Shown here piece by piece: positions 9,758 to 20,436 of a DNA stretch of 64,000 nt. The stretch's first letter is position 1; every line of letters begins with the position of its first letter. Origin of the DNA: Planctomycetota bacterium (lineage in GTDB: Bacteria; Planctomycetota; GCA-002687715; DRQF01); assembly GCA_036479435.1 (NCBI GenBank), contig JAZGFI010000243.1, forward strand, positions 32,001-96,000, read 5' to 3'. Under the pieces are notes generated by a model, which searched no databases, had not been told where the DNA came from, and was given only the letters and a program-made list of their open reading frames with translations. Position numbers and translations under genes: made by a program.

Positions 9758-10766
9758 GTTCTTTGTCTCCTTGACTTTGCGGTGGCGTTGCGGCCCCAGA
9801 TTTTGAATCCAGGTGATCAAGCGGCGCGTCTGCGTCGTCAGCAGAGACGATGAGCCGTTTCATCCGGTATCGAGCGCCGCCCATCCCCCGCAAGCGCGCC
9901 ATGACTTTCCCGCGATGCCAGGCCAAAGTGTCATCGACAACCGTCGTGCCGCGGGGATCTTCAAGCTCTCGTCCTTCGAGGAGCCGAACGAAGTCGTCGT
10001 CATCGAGATGAACTGAAGGCATCGAGCTAACGGCGTCTTCCAACGAAATGAGATGACTGCGTTCGACCGCATCCGGAGAGCAGGCCGCGCTAACTTCGAA
10101 AGCTCCGCTTTGGGTTCGCCGCAGAGCGGCGAGATAGGCTCCGCATCCGAGCGATTCACCCAAGTCGCGGGCCAAAGACCGAATGTAGGTCCCGGGGCCA
10201 CAGCGAATCCTCATCAAGGCCCGCGGCCAATGATAGCTCAGCACCTCGATAGACTTCACATCGACTTCTCGCTCGGGAACTTCGACGACTTCGCCGCGCC
10301 GGGCCTTTTTGTAGAGGCGCTCCCCGTCAACGCGGATTGCCGAGTACGCTGGAGGCCTTTGGCGAATGCGGCCGCGAAGAGGATCGAGGTGCGATTCGAG
10401 CTCATCCCTTGTCGGAGGCTCGAAATCTTCCACGGCGACTTCCGACAGCGGACCTTCGGCATCGCAAGTGACGCTTCGCCAGCCAAAAGTCAAATCCGCT
10501 AAATAGGTTTTCTCGTGACCCATGAAGAGATCTTGCACTCGGGTGGCGAATCCGGTGCACACCACGATGAGTCCCGAAGCCAGGGGGTCGAGTGTCCCGC
10601 AGTGCCCCGAGGCTCGAATCCCCAGCCTTTTGTTGGCATCCATGAGCGCACCGCGGCTGGTGACACCCACCGGTTTGTCGAGCAAAACCAAACCACATGG
10701 CGCCGCCATTTGGCGGGCACGTTTTCCGCGCTTACCTCTTCCCATCGACCTCGTCTTCCACCGCAA
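9747..10766 (-). CDS. truB: tRNA pseudouridine(55) synthase
   Basis: LDKPVGVTS, GHCGTLDPLASG, QRPPAYSA, CGPGTYIRSLARDLG. Confidence 0.95.
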   Translation of the reverse strand: MRWKTRSMGRGKRGKRARQMAAPCGLVLLDKPVGVTSRGALMDANKRLGIRASGHCGTLDPLASGLIVVCTGFATRVQDLFMGHEKTYLADLTFGWRSVTCDAEGPLSEVAVEDFEPPTRDELESHLDPLRGRIRQRPPAYSAIRVDGERLYKKARRGEVVEVPEREVDVKSIEVLSYHWPRALMRIRCGPGTYIRSLARDLGESLGCGAYLAALRRTQSGAFEVSAACSPDAVERSHLISLEDAVSSMPSVHLDDDDFVRLLEGRELEDPRGTTVVDDTLAWHRGKVMARLRGMGGARYRMKRLIVSADDADAPLDHLDSKSGAATPPQSQGDKERER

Positions 10767-10772
10767 TCAAGA

Positions 10773-12722
10773 TCAAAGAACTCGTCCCTTGACCAAAGTA
10801 GGAACGACGCTTGGATCGGCCAAGGTCGAAGTATCACCGAGGTCCTCGACATCCCCGCTCGCGATATTACGCAGGATGCGGCGCATGATCTTTCCGCTGC
10901 GAGTCTTTGGGAGACCGTCTGAAAACTGAATTTGATCCGGCGAGGCGATGGGCCCGATGACGGTGCGCACGGTCTTGACTAGCTCTTTTTTGAGCCCTTC
11001 TTCGATGACGACATCGGCGTTCAGCGTGACAAAGGCGTAGATCCCCTGCCCCTTGATGTCGTGGGGATAACCCACCACCGCCGATTCTGCCACCGCGGGA
11101 TGGTGGCCAAGGGCGGCCTCGACTTCGGCCGTGCCCAGCCGGTGCCCCGAAACGTTCAAAACGTCGTCGACGCGCCCCGTAATCCAATAGTAGCCGTCTT
11201 CATCGCGGCGACAGCCATCTCCGGTGAAGTACTTGCCAGGGTAAGCCTTAAAGTAGGTGTCGATGAAGCGCTGATGATCGCCGTAGATGGTTCGCATCAT
11301 TCCCGGCCAGGGTTCGGTGATGCACAGGTTCCCCGACACGCCATTGCCCTCGATGATCTCGCCTTGGTCGTTGACAAGCGCCAACTGAACGCCGAAAAAT
11401 GGCTTGGTGGCAGACCCCGGTTTGGTGGGAGTGGCACCGGGCAAGGGCGAGATCATGATTCCCCCGGTCTCAGTTTGCCACCAGGTGTCAACGATGGGAC
11501 AGCGACCTTGCCCCACCACTTCGTGGTACCAAAGCCAAGCCTCGGGGTTGATCGGCTCGCCAACGGTGCCGAGCAGACGCAGGCTCGATCGCGACCGACT
11601 CGTCACCGGGTCGTCACCGTAGCGTTGCAAGGCTCGAATGGCGGTCGGCGCGGTGTAGAACAAGGTGACTTGGTGCTTGTCGACGACGTCCCAAAACCTG
11701 CCGACATCTGGAAAAGTCGGGATGCCTTCGAACATCAAGGTCGTAGCCCCATTGCACAGCGGGCCGTAAATGATGTAGCTATGGCCCGTAACCCATCCGA
11801 TATCGGCGGTGCACCAGTAGATGTCTTCGCCAGCGCGATGATCAAAAATCAATTCGTGAGTGTAGGAAACGTAGGTGAGATATCCGGCCGTGGTGTGCAG
11901 CACACCCTTGGGTTTCCCGGTGGAACCGGAGGTGTAAAGAATGAACAAGGGGTCTTCGGCGTTCATCACCTCGGGAGGGCAAGTATCGGCTATCGACGCG
12001 GCGGAGAGTTCGCTGGCAAAGTCATAGTCTCGGCCGTCTCTTAGACCAGGTCCCCCGCCGCTGCGTTTCACGACGAGCACGCACTCGACAAAGTCCAATC
12101 CCTCAATCGCCTGGTCAGTGGTTTGCTTGAGCGGAATGATCTTTCCTCCGCGCAGGCCCTCATCAGCCGTCACGACCATCTTGCAATTTGAATCTTCAAT
12201 GCGGTTGCGCAGCGAGGTCGCGCTGAACCCGCCGAAGACAATGCTGTGGACCGCACCGATTCGAGCGCAGGCGAGCATGACGACCGCAAGCTCGGGAATC
12301 ATCGGCAGGTAAATGCAGACTCGATCGCCCTTCTTCACGCCGTGGTGCTTTAAGAGATTGGCGCAACGGCAAACGCGCTTCAGCAGTTCGGTGTAGCTGA
12401 TCTTCAGATCAACGGAAGGGTCGTCCGATTCCCAAATGATCGCCGTTCGATCACCAAGACCGGCCTCGACGTGTCGATCGAGGCAGTTGACGGTGACGTT
12501 CAGTTGACCGTCTTCGAACCAAGAGATGTCGCCACGCCCAAGATCACAGTTCATGATCTGCGTCGGCTTTTTTTGCCAGGTCAGTCGTTCGGAGACTTTT
12601 TGCCAAAACCCTGCCGGATCTGAGATCGATTCCGCATAGCGTTTGTCGTAGTCCTCAGTCGAGGAGACATGAGCGCGTTGGGGAAATTCGGCTGGCGGTT
12701 GGAAGAGTTGTGAATCTGACAT
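10773..12722 (-). CDS. acs: Acetate--CoA ligase (acetyl-CoA synthetase)
   Basis: [33 protein letters not shown]. Confidence 0.97.
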   Translation of the reverse strand: MSDSQLFQPPAEFPQRAHVSSTEDYDKRYAESISDPAGFWQKVSERLTWQKKPTQIMNCDLGRGDISWFEDGQLNVTVNCLDRHVEAGLGDRTAIIWESDDPSVDLKISYTELLKRVCRCANLLKHHGVKKGDRVCIYLPMIPELAVVMLACARIGAVHSIVFGGFSATSLRNRIEDSNCKMVVTADEGLRGGKIIPLKQTTDQAIEGLDFVECVLVVKRSGGGPGLRDGRDYDFASELSAASIADTCPPEVMNAEDPLFILYTSGSTGKPKGVLHTTAGYLTYVSYTHELIFDHRAGEDIYWCTADIGWVTGHSYIIYGPLCNGATTLMFEGIPTFPDVGRFWDVVDKHQVTLFYTAPTAIRALQRYGDDPVTSRSRSSLRLLGTVGEPINPEAWLWYHEVVGQGRCPIVDTWWQTETGGIMISPLPGATPTKPGSATKPFFGVQLALVNDQGEIIEGNGVSGNLCITEPWPGMMRTIYGDHQRFIDTYFKAYPGKYFTGDGCRRDEDGYYWITGRVDDVLNVSGHRLGTAEVEAALGHHPAVAESAVVGYPHDIKGQGIYAFVTLNADVVIEEGLKKELVKTVRTVIGPIASPDQIQFSDGLPKTRSGKIMRRILRNIASGDVEDLGDTSTLADPSVVPTLVKGRVL

Positions 12723-12918
12723 CAAAAGTTCTCACTGCGCAAAGTGCTGGGAGCAAGGCGTTTCCGCCGTCCGACGGACAGAGTAGTCGCAGTTGCCCAG
12801 ATCGCCAAGCTCCGGGCTTGGCTGGGCACCATTTCAAAGAGTAAGATTGCCGCAGCGGGCGGCCTCGTTCCGCCCCTGAATGCCGAATCCAAAGTTCGCC
12901 CCTGGAAAAGACCAGAAC

Positions 12919-15318
12919 ATGCCCCGCAACATCTTGACGCTCTTCATCGCTCTGGCCACTCTCGCCCTTTCATCTCAAGCCCAAACCCTTTTGGTGAATC
13001 GCCAAGTCCACGCTTCGACGGCACAAGGCCGCGACGTCGAGGTCTTATTGACCGGCACGCCCTTGGCAGCGATGATCTTGGCCTTCAATGTTGATCCCGG
13101 CCCCACGGTCATCAACCGCCAGGTCATCCCCCTTGGGATCGGGTCAACGTTGATGATCACCCACAACATGGTGCCCATCCCCGCATCCGGGACTTTTGAG
13201 GCGTCGATGCCGATCGCATTCAACGCCGCTTTGGAGGGCGTCACCCTCTACGGCGCCGCCATCGTCATCGACCCCACGAACATAGGGGTCGGGTTTACGG
13301 TGAGCAATGGCGTCAGCATGACCTTCACCAGAAAAACGGAAGCGGGCGAAGACAACGCCGGCTTTGTGGGGCAACCCGTCGTCCTGGACGGCTCCGCCAC
13401 TCTTGCCGACGGACCGATCCCCGCGGGCTTTGAGTTTTCCTGGGAGATCATCTTTGGTCCGGTGGGACATCAAGCCACGCTTGAGGGCGCTGACACCTTG
13501 TTCCCGACTTTGCGGGCCGACCTTCCCGGCACCTACAAACTCGAACTGTGCTTGCAGGCGCCAGGGACAACCGGTGGGTCTTTTGATGTCGCCGAAGTCC
13601 ACATCTATGACCTCGACCTTGGTGGCCTTGCCGAAGTGCCCTTTGACGCCTCCGCTCAGGTTGCCGCTTCCGGTGCTTTCAGCGGAGCCAATGGCTCGGC
13701 CTACTCGCTCTTGGGCCTGGACAACGATGCCGACCAAGACGGGACGGTCGCGGGCAGTCAATCTGCGGGCGACGAACTGACACCTTTTTTCTTCCAGGCG
13801 GTTTCGCCCCGCGGCGTCAAGACCCAGAAGTTCTTGCCGATGGTGAACGGCGAAAGCCGCAGCCTCAATGACACCATTGCCGATGCCTTGGCCGTCCATC
13901 TCCGCGACGAGGCCTTTGATCCCCTCGAAGATCTCATCGGAACGGCCGCCGCCGGACTCGACATTGCTGCTTTGCTCCAGCCGTTCTTTGACGGCCTTGA
14001 GCCCATCCCGGTTGTCGACATCCCCGCTCCCTTCCCGCCCGGAGCGACTCTGTTCTCAGCATCGATCTTGCCGACCGAAGTCGCCATCGATCCGGGAGTG
14101 ACCGTCAACATTGAAACCCTGTCCGACGCGCTCGCGGTGAGCCTCACCTTCAGCAACTTCGTCCTCACCTTCGACATCTTCGGTGAGACCCTGTTGACCG
14201 GCCCCTACACCGACATCGGCACCTTGACCGTGCCTGAACTCACTTTGACCGTCGCCTTGTCGACCGTCATCAGCAACGGTGTCTTTGAAAGCAGCGTCGA
14301 ATCTAGCTCGCTCGACCTCGTCGGCGCCACCTTGACGTTTGAAACCGGTGTCATCCCGGCAGCTTTTTCGACCCAGGTTTTGAACGCGGTGATCCCGGCC
14401 TTGGAAGGCGTCATTGGCGGAGTCCTGGCCGCGGCCGTTCCGCTCCTGGTCGACACCGTCTTGAATGCCATTCCCCAGTCCTTCGACGCCGCCGGTGTCA
14501 CCTTCAGCGCGGTCGCATCCAGAATCGGCTACACCTTAGGTGGGCTAACTCTTGGCTTTGGCGTGGGCATCAACACCAGCGCCTTGGCGAACCCGCTCCC
14601 CGACGTTCACTACCTCGCGACCGACAACGGACTCCCCACATTCGGTCCCGTCGTCCCCACCAGCGGCGACCCCTACCAAACGGCGCTCGCCATCGCTGAT
14701 GACTTAGTGAACTTGGCACTTGCCAACGCCCAGAACGCCGAGCAGATCTCCTTCGAATTCACGGGCCCCTTGGAAGTCTTCCCGGGCTTGCGGCCCATTC
14801 CTCTCAACGCGGGCTCGATGGCGACCTTCCTTCCGGGCTTAGGTTTCGACCGTTTTCCTGCCGATGCCGAAGTACGCTTTGTCTTCACTATCGCCGCCGC
14901 GCCTTTTTTGAGCCTCGGCGATGACAGTAAATTGGTGCTTCCCGACCTCGTGGTCGAAGCCTTTGTTCAACTCAAGGAAAACTACGAAGTGCCCGCCGTG
15001 CAATTCGGCCTCTACGGTTCCCTCGTCGTCACGCCCGAGTTCAACTTCGTCACGAACGAAATCACTCTGACGACCGGTGAAGGTGACTTCGAAGCCTATG
15101 CCCGAGGCTCACTTCCCGCCGTCGATCTCGAAACGGTCTTACCGGGCATCGCGGCCCTCATCGACCTTCTCCTCCCCAGTCTCTCCGACGCCCTCCCTCC
15201 GCTGCCCTTGCCGCAACTCCCCGCCCTCGGCGGCTCCGAGTTGATCGGCTTCGAGTTCGGAGGAGACCTCAACGACTACATGGCCACCTACTTCGGCCCT
15301 GTCGCCAGCGAAGAATAA
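12919..15318 (+). CDS. Large secreted acidic protein: N-terminal shared module, PKD/REJ-like domain, probable BPI/LBP-like (TULIP) region
   Basis: Signal peptide ...LSSQA|Q; AGEDNAGFVGQPVVLDGS...FSWEI...PGTYKLEL is PKD-like; AVHLRDEAFD and ALAIADDLVNLAL resemble BPI/LBP repeats. Confidence 0.65.
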   Translation: MPRNILTLFIALATLALSSQAQTLLVNRQVHASTAQGRDVEVLLTGTPLAAMILAFNVDPGPTVINRQVIPLGIGSTLMITHNMVPIPASGTFEASMPIAFNAALEGVTLYGAAIVIDPTNIGVGFTVSNGVSMTFTRKTEAGEDNAGFVGQPVVLDGSATLADGPIPAGFEFSWEIIFGPVGHQATLEGADTLFPTLRADLPGTYKLELCLQAPGTTGGSFDVAEVHIYDLDLGGLAEVPFDASAQVAASGAFSGANGSAYSLLGLDNDADQDGTVAGSQSAGDELTPFFFQAVSPRGVKTQKFLPMVNGESRSLNDTIADALAVHLRDEAFDPLEDLIGTAAAGLDIAALLQPFFDGLEPIPVVDIPAPFPPGATLFSASILPTEVAIDPGVTVNIETLSDALAVSLTFSNFVLTFDIFGETLLTGPYTDIGTLTVPELTLTVALSTVISNGVFESSVESSSLDLVGATLTFETGVIPAAFSTQVLNAVIPALEGVIGGVLAAAVPLLVDTVLNAIPQSFDAAGVTFSAVASRIGYTLGGLTLGFGVGINTSALANPLPDVHYLATDNGLPTFGPVVPTSGDPYQTALAIADDLVNLALANAQNAEQISFEFTGPLEVFPGLRPIPLNAGSMATFLPGLGFDRFPADAEVRFVFTIAAAPFLSLGDDSKLVLPDLVVEAFVQLKENYEVPAVQFGLYGSLVVTPEFNFVTNEITLTTGEGDFEAYARGSLPAVDLETVLPGIAALIDLLLPSLSDALPPLPLPQLPALGGSELIGFEFGGDLNDYMATYFGPVASEE

Positions 15319-15330
15319 TTCGATCTGTCC

Positions 15331-15379
15331 ATACGGTGCCCGGCATCCGGCCGTCACTTTTTTGTGCCAGGCACCGTAT
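15331..15379. repeat. 15-bp inverted repeat, REP-like/terminator hairpin
   Basis: ATACGGTGCCCGGCA ... TGCCAGGCACCGTAT (14/15 match), 13 bp after the stop at 15318. Confidence 0.6.
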
Positions 15380-15857
15380 CACCACATCAAATCCGTCCCG
15401 CCAACAATCCATGAAAAACGTCGAGATCACACCAAGGTTGTTGGGCGCACAGTTTCATCATCACTCTTAGGCCTTTTTTCCTCCATGTCGCTCGTCGCCC
15501 AAGAAAAGAAATCGCAAGGTTAGTTGAGCAGCTCGTCAAAGAAGCCGAGTTGGCGGCCGCCGACAACTAAGTTTCGGTCGATGGTCCCCAGAGCCGGGCT
15601 CACATTCGGCCGCTGACACCGAAGCCTTGGCTCACACCTCCCGACAGCTTAATCAAGCCGAATCAACTCCGGAGTTTCGCCATCGGGCGCGTTATCTTGA
15701 ATGCCGCGCCTCATTCTCGAAAGCCACCACGAAATATTGTGGTGTAGTTTTGAAAGAACTCAGGCCAATACTGGTGGATGCTGGTGACCGTCACTCCGCA
15801 CCTACTCACCCGTTTGCGTAATGACCTTCATTCCGTCCTTATTAGTGAGATCTCGAC

Positions 15858-16399
15858 TTGGCTTCAGACGTATTTCTCCCGTCTATCGCTTTCGTTTTTT
15901 TCGCCGCTTGCTTTTCATGTTCTCCTAATGAGAAAGACATGAGTAGCCATAGGCCCCTATCGCCGTTTGCGCCAGCAACTCAAGCAGAGCCAATTAGGGA
16001 ATCGATTCAGGGCGCGAACGCTGCGGGTATTCTTCCTTGGGGAGTTACAGAATCGTCTCTCGAGAAACCGGGTATGCCTGGGATCGTTGGGCGCGCATCG
16101 AGCCGGGCGATTTTTGTCTTTTGACGGCTGCTTCAATCGCGAGTTCGCTCGTTGGTTTCCGAGTAACGGGCTTCGACAGGCAGGGCCGGAGCGTACTTGT
16201 CATCGTTGATTGGGACAAAGCCAACGGTTTCTCGCCATTGCTGATTGAGGGCCCACACTTGGCCAGTATTTTCAGCGTCGCTCAAGGCGACGTCTCAGAG
16301 ATTCGGATCGAGTTTTTTTGGACTGGCGAGATACCCACGACGGACGGAGTTCTACTGTTCAAAAAGAGTGCAATCAGTGAGGAATTGAAGCTTAAATAG
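15858..16399 (+). pseudogene. Possible frameshifted lipoprotein-like hypothetical gene (ORFs 15858..16124 and 16037..16399)
   Basis: Lipoprotein-like start (FFAACFSC) in one frame, globular-looking sequence in an overlapping frame, low GC. Confidence 0.25.
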
Positions 16400-16424
16400 C
16401 AGACGAGATCGGAATTCAATGGGT

Positions 16425-16964
16425 CTAACGGTCGTCTTCCGTCTGACTTTCCGGAGGGTCGAGAACGATGAGGCCTACAAGATATCTGCCACTATCCTCG
16501 ACGCGCATCCTGCCCATCGTGACTTTCGGCTCCGCTTCGATGCGCTCAAGGCCAGTGGGAGTGCCTGGATCGTCTGTTGACTCCGTTTGATGCTCTTCCA
16601 GATCAACGCGGGCTTCGGCATCAGCCGAACAGCTGGGCAAGAACCCAAGAAGAGCGAAAAGGCCGGCTGCGAGGGCACGCATGCGGCGTCCGGTCCTCGC
16701 GGCCAGGCCCACCGGGCAGTCCTTGGTCAGCATCGTCCCGTCTGCGCGGCGGTAGAAGCGAACGCAGATGTTTCCTTCCGACTTCGCAACCAACTCACTC
16801 GCTTCAGCTTGGTTCATCTCCGAAAGATTGAAGACATTCAGCGCGCAGCGTTCACAGTGCCGTACCGCCCCATCGCCCTTCATCGCGTCCCAAGGCTCAT
16901 TGCAAGGTGAAGCGACCCGAACTCGGTTCAAATCAAAAGGATCTGTCTTGTACGCCATGGTCAT
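16425..16964 (-). CDS. Hypothetical protein with Cys-rich N-terminal domain and TM/lipobox segment
   Basis: SPCNEPWDAMKGD...HCERC...ICVRFYRRADGT...DCPVG, then LAAGLFALLGFLPSC. Confidence 0.75.
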   Translation of the reverse strand: MTMAYKTDPFDLNRVRVASPCNEPWDAMKGDGAVRHCERCALNVFNLSEMNQAEASELVAKSEGNICVRFYRRADGTMLTKDCPVGLAARTGRRMRALAAGLFALLGFLPSCSADAEARVDLEEHQTESTDDPGTPTGLERIEAEPKVTMGRMRVEDSGRYLVGLIVLDPPESQTEDDR

Positions 16965-17086
16965 GTCTATCCAGTCAGAACTCGTTACCCACCCTCAGAC
17001 GCTGCATCGTCTCGATAGTTCAACAATTGTCTGATCGGACTCCGCCGCCGGCACCTCTTCACCCCGCGGCGGTATTAAGCCGGGAG

Positions 17087-18355
17087 TTAGGTCGAAGTGT
17101 CGACGCGGACTTTTTTGAGGTAGCGGCCGTTCATGGTGAGGACGGTAAAGGAGTTACCGGCAATCTCGAGTTTGGTTCCGGGGCTTAGGTCTTCTTTGCC
17201 TTCGGCGACGATGAGGCCACCAAGGGTGCTCACACCATCATGATCATGGGCGAGGTCGAGGCCGGTCTTGCGACGAATGTAGCGTAGAGTGGTACGCGCA
17301 TCGGCGACGAAGGTACCGGGGCGAATGATGTCGACGCGGCGGCGACTGGTCTTGTCGTGTTCGTCTTGGATCTCGCCGACGAGTTCTTCGAGGATGTCTT
17401 TGAGGGTTACGAGACCTTCGAGCCCGCCGTACTCGTCGACCACGAAGACCATTTCGCTGCCGGAATCTTGGATGTGCTCGAGGGCTTTGCCGAGTTTGGT
17501 GGATTCGGGAATGAAAGTTGGGGGCCTCACGATGGATCGCAAGTTGTCGGCGGCACTTTCTCGGCCGTCTTGTAGCAATAGGTCTTTGGCGTGAAGGATG
17601 CCGAGGAGGTCCTCTTCGTTCTCTCCCCAAACCGGAACCCGCGAATGACCGGTGCTGCGTAGGATCTCTTCGAACTGGGTTAAACCACCGGCGATGGGCA
17701 TGCTGACGATCTCGTGACGCGGCACAAGAACCTGGCGCACGGCCGATTGTGCAAACTCGTAGACGCCGTGAAGAATGTGGTGCGTGACCTTGCCGAAACT
17801 GCCCTCTTCGCGCCCGACCTCGGCGATCATCAACAAGTCTTCGTAGGAGACACTGCGGGCCTCGTCTCCGGATTTGTTTCGATTCAGTGGGCGCAAAAAG
17901 AACTCGGCGACTTTCGTGGTCAGCGTGATGAGGGGTGAAGTAAGCGCCATGAAAATCGCCAGGGGACGCGAACAAAGTCGCGCGACGGTTAGAGCCCTTT
18001 CCGCGGCGATAGTCTTCGGCAGGATTTCAGCGAAGATGAGAAGCAATACGGTCAGGATGGGACTCACATAAAACGGTGCCATGTCGCCCAGAAACTGCGT
18101 CGCCAAGACCGTTGATATGGACGCCAACAAGACGTTGGCGAAGTTGTTGCCCAACAAGATCCCCGACAACAATCTGCCGGTGTTATCGACCAAGGCAAGA
18201 ACGCGGCGCGCAACCTCATCACCACCGTCGGCGAGGGCCCGAAGGCGGAGACGATTCACCGCCATCAGCGCCGTTTCCGAGCTTGAAAAGAACGCCGACA
18301 CGAAAAATAGAACCAAGGTGAACCCGGCAAGGGCCGCCATCACGACATCGTTCAT
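17087..18355 (-). CDS. HlyC/CorC-family (CNNM + CBS pair + CorC) protein
   Basis: SAFFSSSETAL, ILLGNN, EILPKT, GHSRVPV, VVDEYGGLEGLVTLKDILEELVGEI. Confidence 0.92.
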   Translation of the reverse strand: MNDVVMAALAGFTLVLFFVSAFFSSSETALMAVNRLRLRALADGGDEVARRVLALVDNTGRLLSGILLGNNFANVLLASISTVLATQFLGDMAPFYVSPILTVLLLIFAEILPKTIAAERALTVARLCSRPLAIFMALTSPLITLTTKVAEFFLRPLNRNKSGDEARSVSYEDLLMIAEVGREEGSFGKVTHHILHGVYEFAQSAVRQVLVPRHEIVSMPIAGGLTQFEEILRSTGHSRVPVWGENEEDLLGILHAKDLLLQDGRESAADNLRSIVRPPTFIPESTKLGKALEHIQDSGSEMVFVVDEYGGLEGLVTLKDILEELVGEIQDEHDKTSRRRVDIIRPGTFVADARTTLRYIRRKTGLDLAHDHDGVSTLGGLIVAEGKEDLSPGTKLEIAGNSFTVLTMNGRYLKKVRVDTST

Positions 18356-18460
18356 CGCAACCTCAATGGGCAAGGGGGTCACCAACGACCCCACAGGCGC
18401 ATGATAGCAGGCCCGAGCTTAGAGATTCGAATGAGACAAGGCGGTAAGCCGGACCGGGGG

Positions 18461-19729
18461 CTACTCGTGGCGCAGAGCCTCGATGGGGTCCATCTTTGCG
18501 GCTCGAATCGCAGGATAGAGTCCGAAAATGATACCTACCGCAGCCGAGATACCGAAACTGAGGAGAAGAAACTCAATTCTTACGATCGTGGTTTGATCAA
18601 AAGCGTAGGTGACGAGCTTGGGGGCCAAGGTGCCGACGATGACGCCCAAAGCGCCTCCGAGGCAGGACAAGACCACAGTTTCGATCAAAAACTGCAAGAC
18701 GATGTGACGCTGCTGGGCGCCGAGGGCGCGCCGGATGCCGATCTCACGAGTACGTTCTGTCACCGATGCCAACATGATGTTCATGATGCCGATGCCGCCG
18801 ACCAACAGCGAAATACCGGCGATGGCGCCCAACATGATGGAAAAGAGCTTGGCCTGTTCTTTAGCCGAGCGCAGCAATTCCAAGGGCACTAAGACCTGGT
18901 AATCCTCTTTGTCGTGATTGTGCTTCAGGACGCGGCGAATACTCGCCGCCACCGGCCGGACGTCCTTGATGTCGCGCACCTGGACCTGAATCTCGTGAAG
19001 CTCGACACGTTCCCGTTTGGATGTTCCCGAGGTACGCTCAACGATCTCTTCGCCAAAGAACACCCGCGACGCTGACAAGGGGATGTAGATCGTGTTGAAG
19101 TTCGAGTCGGTCTCGTCGTTGCCCTCGCGCTTATATCCGACTTTGGTCTGGATGACCCCAATGACCGTAAAGGGGTCAAGGCCAACCTTGACGATCTTTC
19201 CTATCGGGTACTTGTGGAGGAAGAGCTTTCGAGCGATGCCCGGCGTCAAGACGCAGACATTGGAGTGCTCGCGTTCGTGCAGCGAGGAGAAAAACCGGCC
19301 TTCCAGCATTTTCAGTTTGGCAACGCTCGGAAACCAAGGCACCGTCCCCCGCACCACACCATTGAGGATGCGAGTCTCATAGCGCAGCTCCTTGGGGTAG
19401 TCGCGCGCTTGCACCATGATGTCGACGTTGGGCAGGGTCTTTTTGATGAGTTCAGCATCGTTGTACTTGAGGCCATACTCCACCGAGCGCTGGTTGGCGT
19501 CGCCCGCCTGTTTGTTCTCGACGGGTTGCACGCTCTTCAAGATGATGTTCGTGCTGCCTAGAGCTTTAATCTGCTGCTGGGCTTCATAAGCCGCACCTTC
19601 GCCAATGGCGAGCATCGCGATGACCGCGAACACTCCGCAGAGAATCCCCAAGATCGTCAACAGACTGCGCAAAGGGTGTAGGGCCAGGCTACGCAAGGCC
19701 AATTTCAAGGTACGAAGGAATCGAATCAT
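18461..19729 (-). CDS. MacB-type ABC transporter permease
   Basis: RSLLTILGI; GGIGIMNIMLASVTERTREIGIRRALGA; DPIEALR. Confidence 0.93.
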   Translation of the reverse strand: MIRFLRTLKLALRSLALHPLRSLLTILGILCGVFAVIAMLAIGEGAAYEAQQQIKALGSTNIILKSVQPVENKQAGDANQRSVEYGLKYNDAELIKKTLPNVDIMVQARDYPKELRYETRILNGVVRGTVPWFPSVAKLKMLEGRFFSSLHEREHSNVCVLTPGIARKLFLHKYPIGKIVKVGLDPFTVIGVIQTKVGYKREGNDETDSNFNTIYIPLSASRVFFGEEIVERTSGTSKRERVELHEIQVQVRDIKDVRPVAASIRRVLKHNHDKEDYQVLVPLELLRSAKEQAKLFSIMLGAIAGISLLVGGIGIMNIMLASVTERTREIGIRRALGAQQRHIVLQFLIETVVLSCLGGALGVIVGTLAPKLVTYAFDQTTIVRIEFLLLSFGISAAVGIIFGLYPAIRAAKMDPIEALRHE

Positions 19730-20433
19730 GGTGTTTTCAGGGCTCGCTGGCCTTGCCCGTCCCTAATGCTTTCGATCTCGCCGTCGCGCATCGTCAGGAT
19801 CTTTTGGGCGTGGGCCGCCACTTCGTCTTCGTGGGTCACCATGATGACGGTTGTGCCCTGATCGTGCATCTCGTGCAAGATCGTGAGGATTTCGGCGCCG
19901 GTGGAAGTGTCGAGGTTTCCGGTCGGTTCATCCGCCAACACCAAGACTGGCTCGTTAACCAAGGCCCGCGCAATCGCGACGCGTTGCTGCTGCCCCCCCG
20001 AAAGCTCGGTGGGACGGTGATCCAAACGTTCAGCCAGACCCACGCGCTCCGCGAGAAGAGTCGCACGTCGTCGAGCCTCCGAAGCAGCGATGTTTTGGTA
20101 AAAAAGCGGCACTTCGATGTTCTCGATGACCGTGAGTTGAGGGATCAGGTTGAAGCTTTGAAAGATGAACCCCAACATCCGGCCGCGCACGGCCGACAGG
20201 TCGCGATCGTTCATACGAGCCACAGCTTCGCCGCCGAGCATGTAGTCCCCGGAACTCGGACGGTCCAAACAACCTAAGAGGTTGAGCATCGTCGACTTGC
20301 CCGACCCCGAGGGCCCCATGATCGCCCAAAAGTCGCCCTTTTCGAAACCGATCGACACGTTCTTCAGGGCGTCAACGACATTGTCGCCCATGCGATAAGT
20401 CTTGCAGATGTCTGTCAGTTCCGCGATGGCCAT
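19726..20433 (-). CDS. ABC transporter ATP-binding protein (MacB/LolD type)
   Basis: [34 protein letters not shown]. Confidence 0.95.
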   Translation of the reverse strand: MAIAELTDICKTYRMGDNVVDALKNVSIGFEKGDFWAIMGPSGSGKSTMLNLLGCLDRPSSGDYMLGGEAVARMNDRDLSAVRGRMLGFIFQSFNLIPQLTVIENIEVPLFYQNIAASEARRRATLLAERVGLAERLDHRPTELSGGQQQRVAIARALVNEPVLVLADEPTGNLDTSTGAEILTILHEMHDQGTTVIMVTHEDEVAAHAQKILTMRDGEIESIRDGQGQRALKTP

Positions 20434-20436
20434 GAA

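Noticed and set aside
11061..12044. 327-aa + strand ORF, and similar long antisense ORFs (26486..27346, 31767..32603, 32543..33406)
   Set aside because: Shadow ORFs opposite well-supported genes, expected in high-GC DNA.
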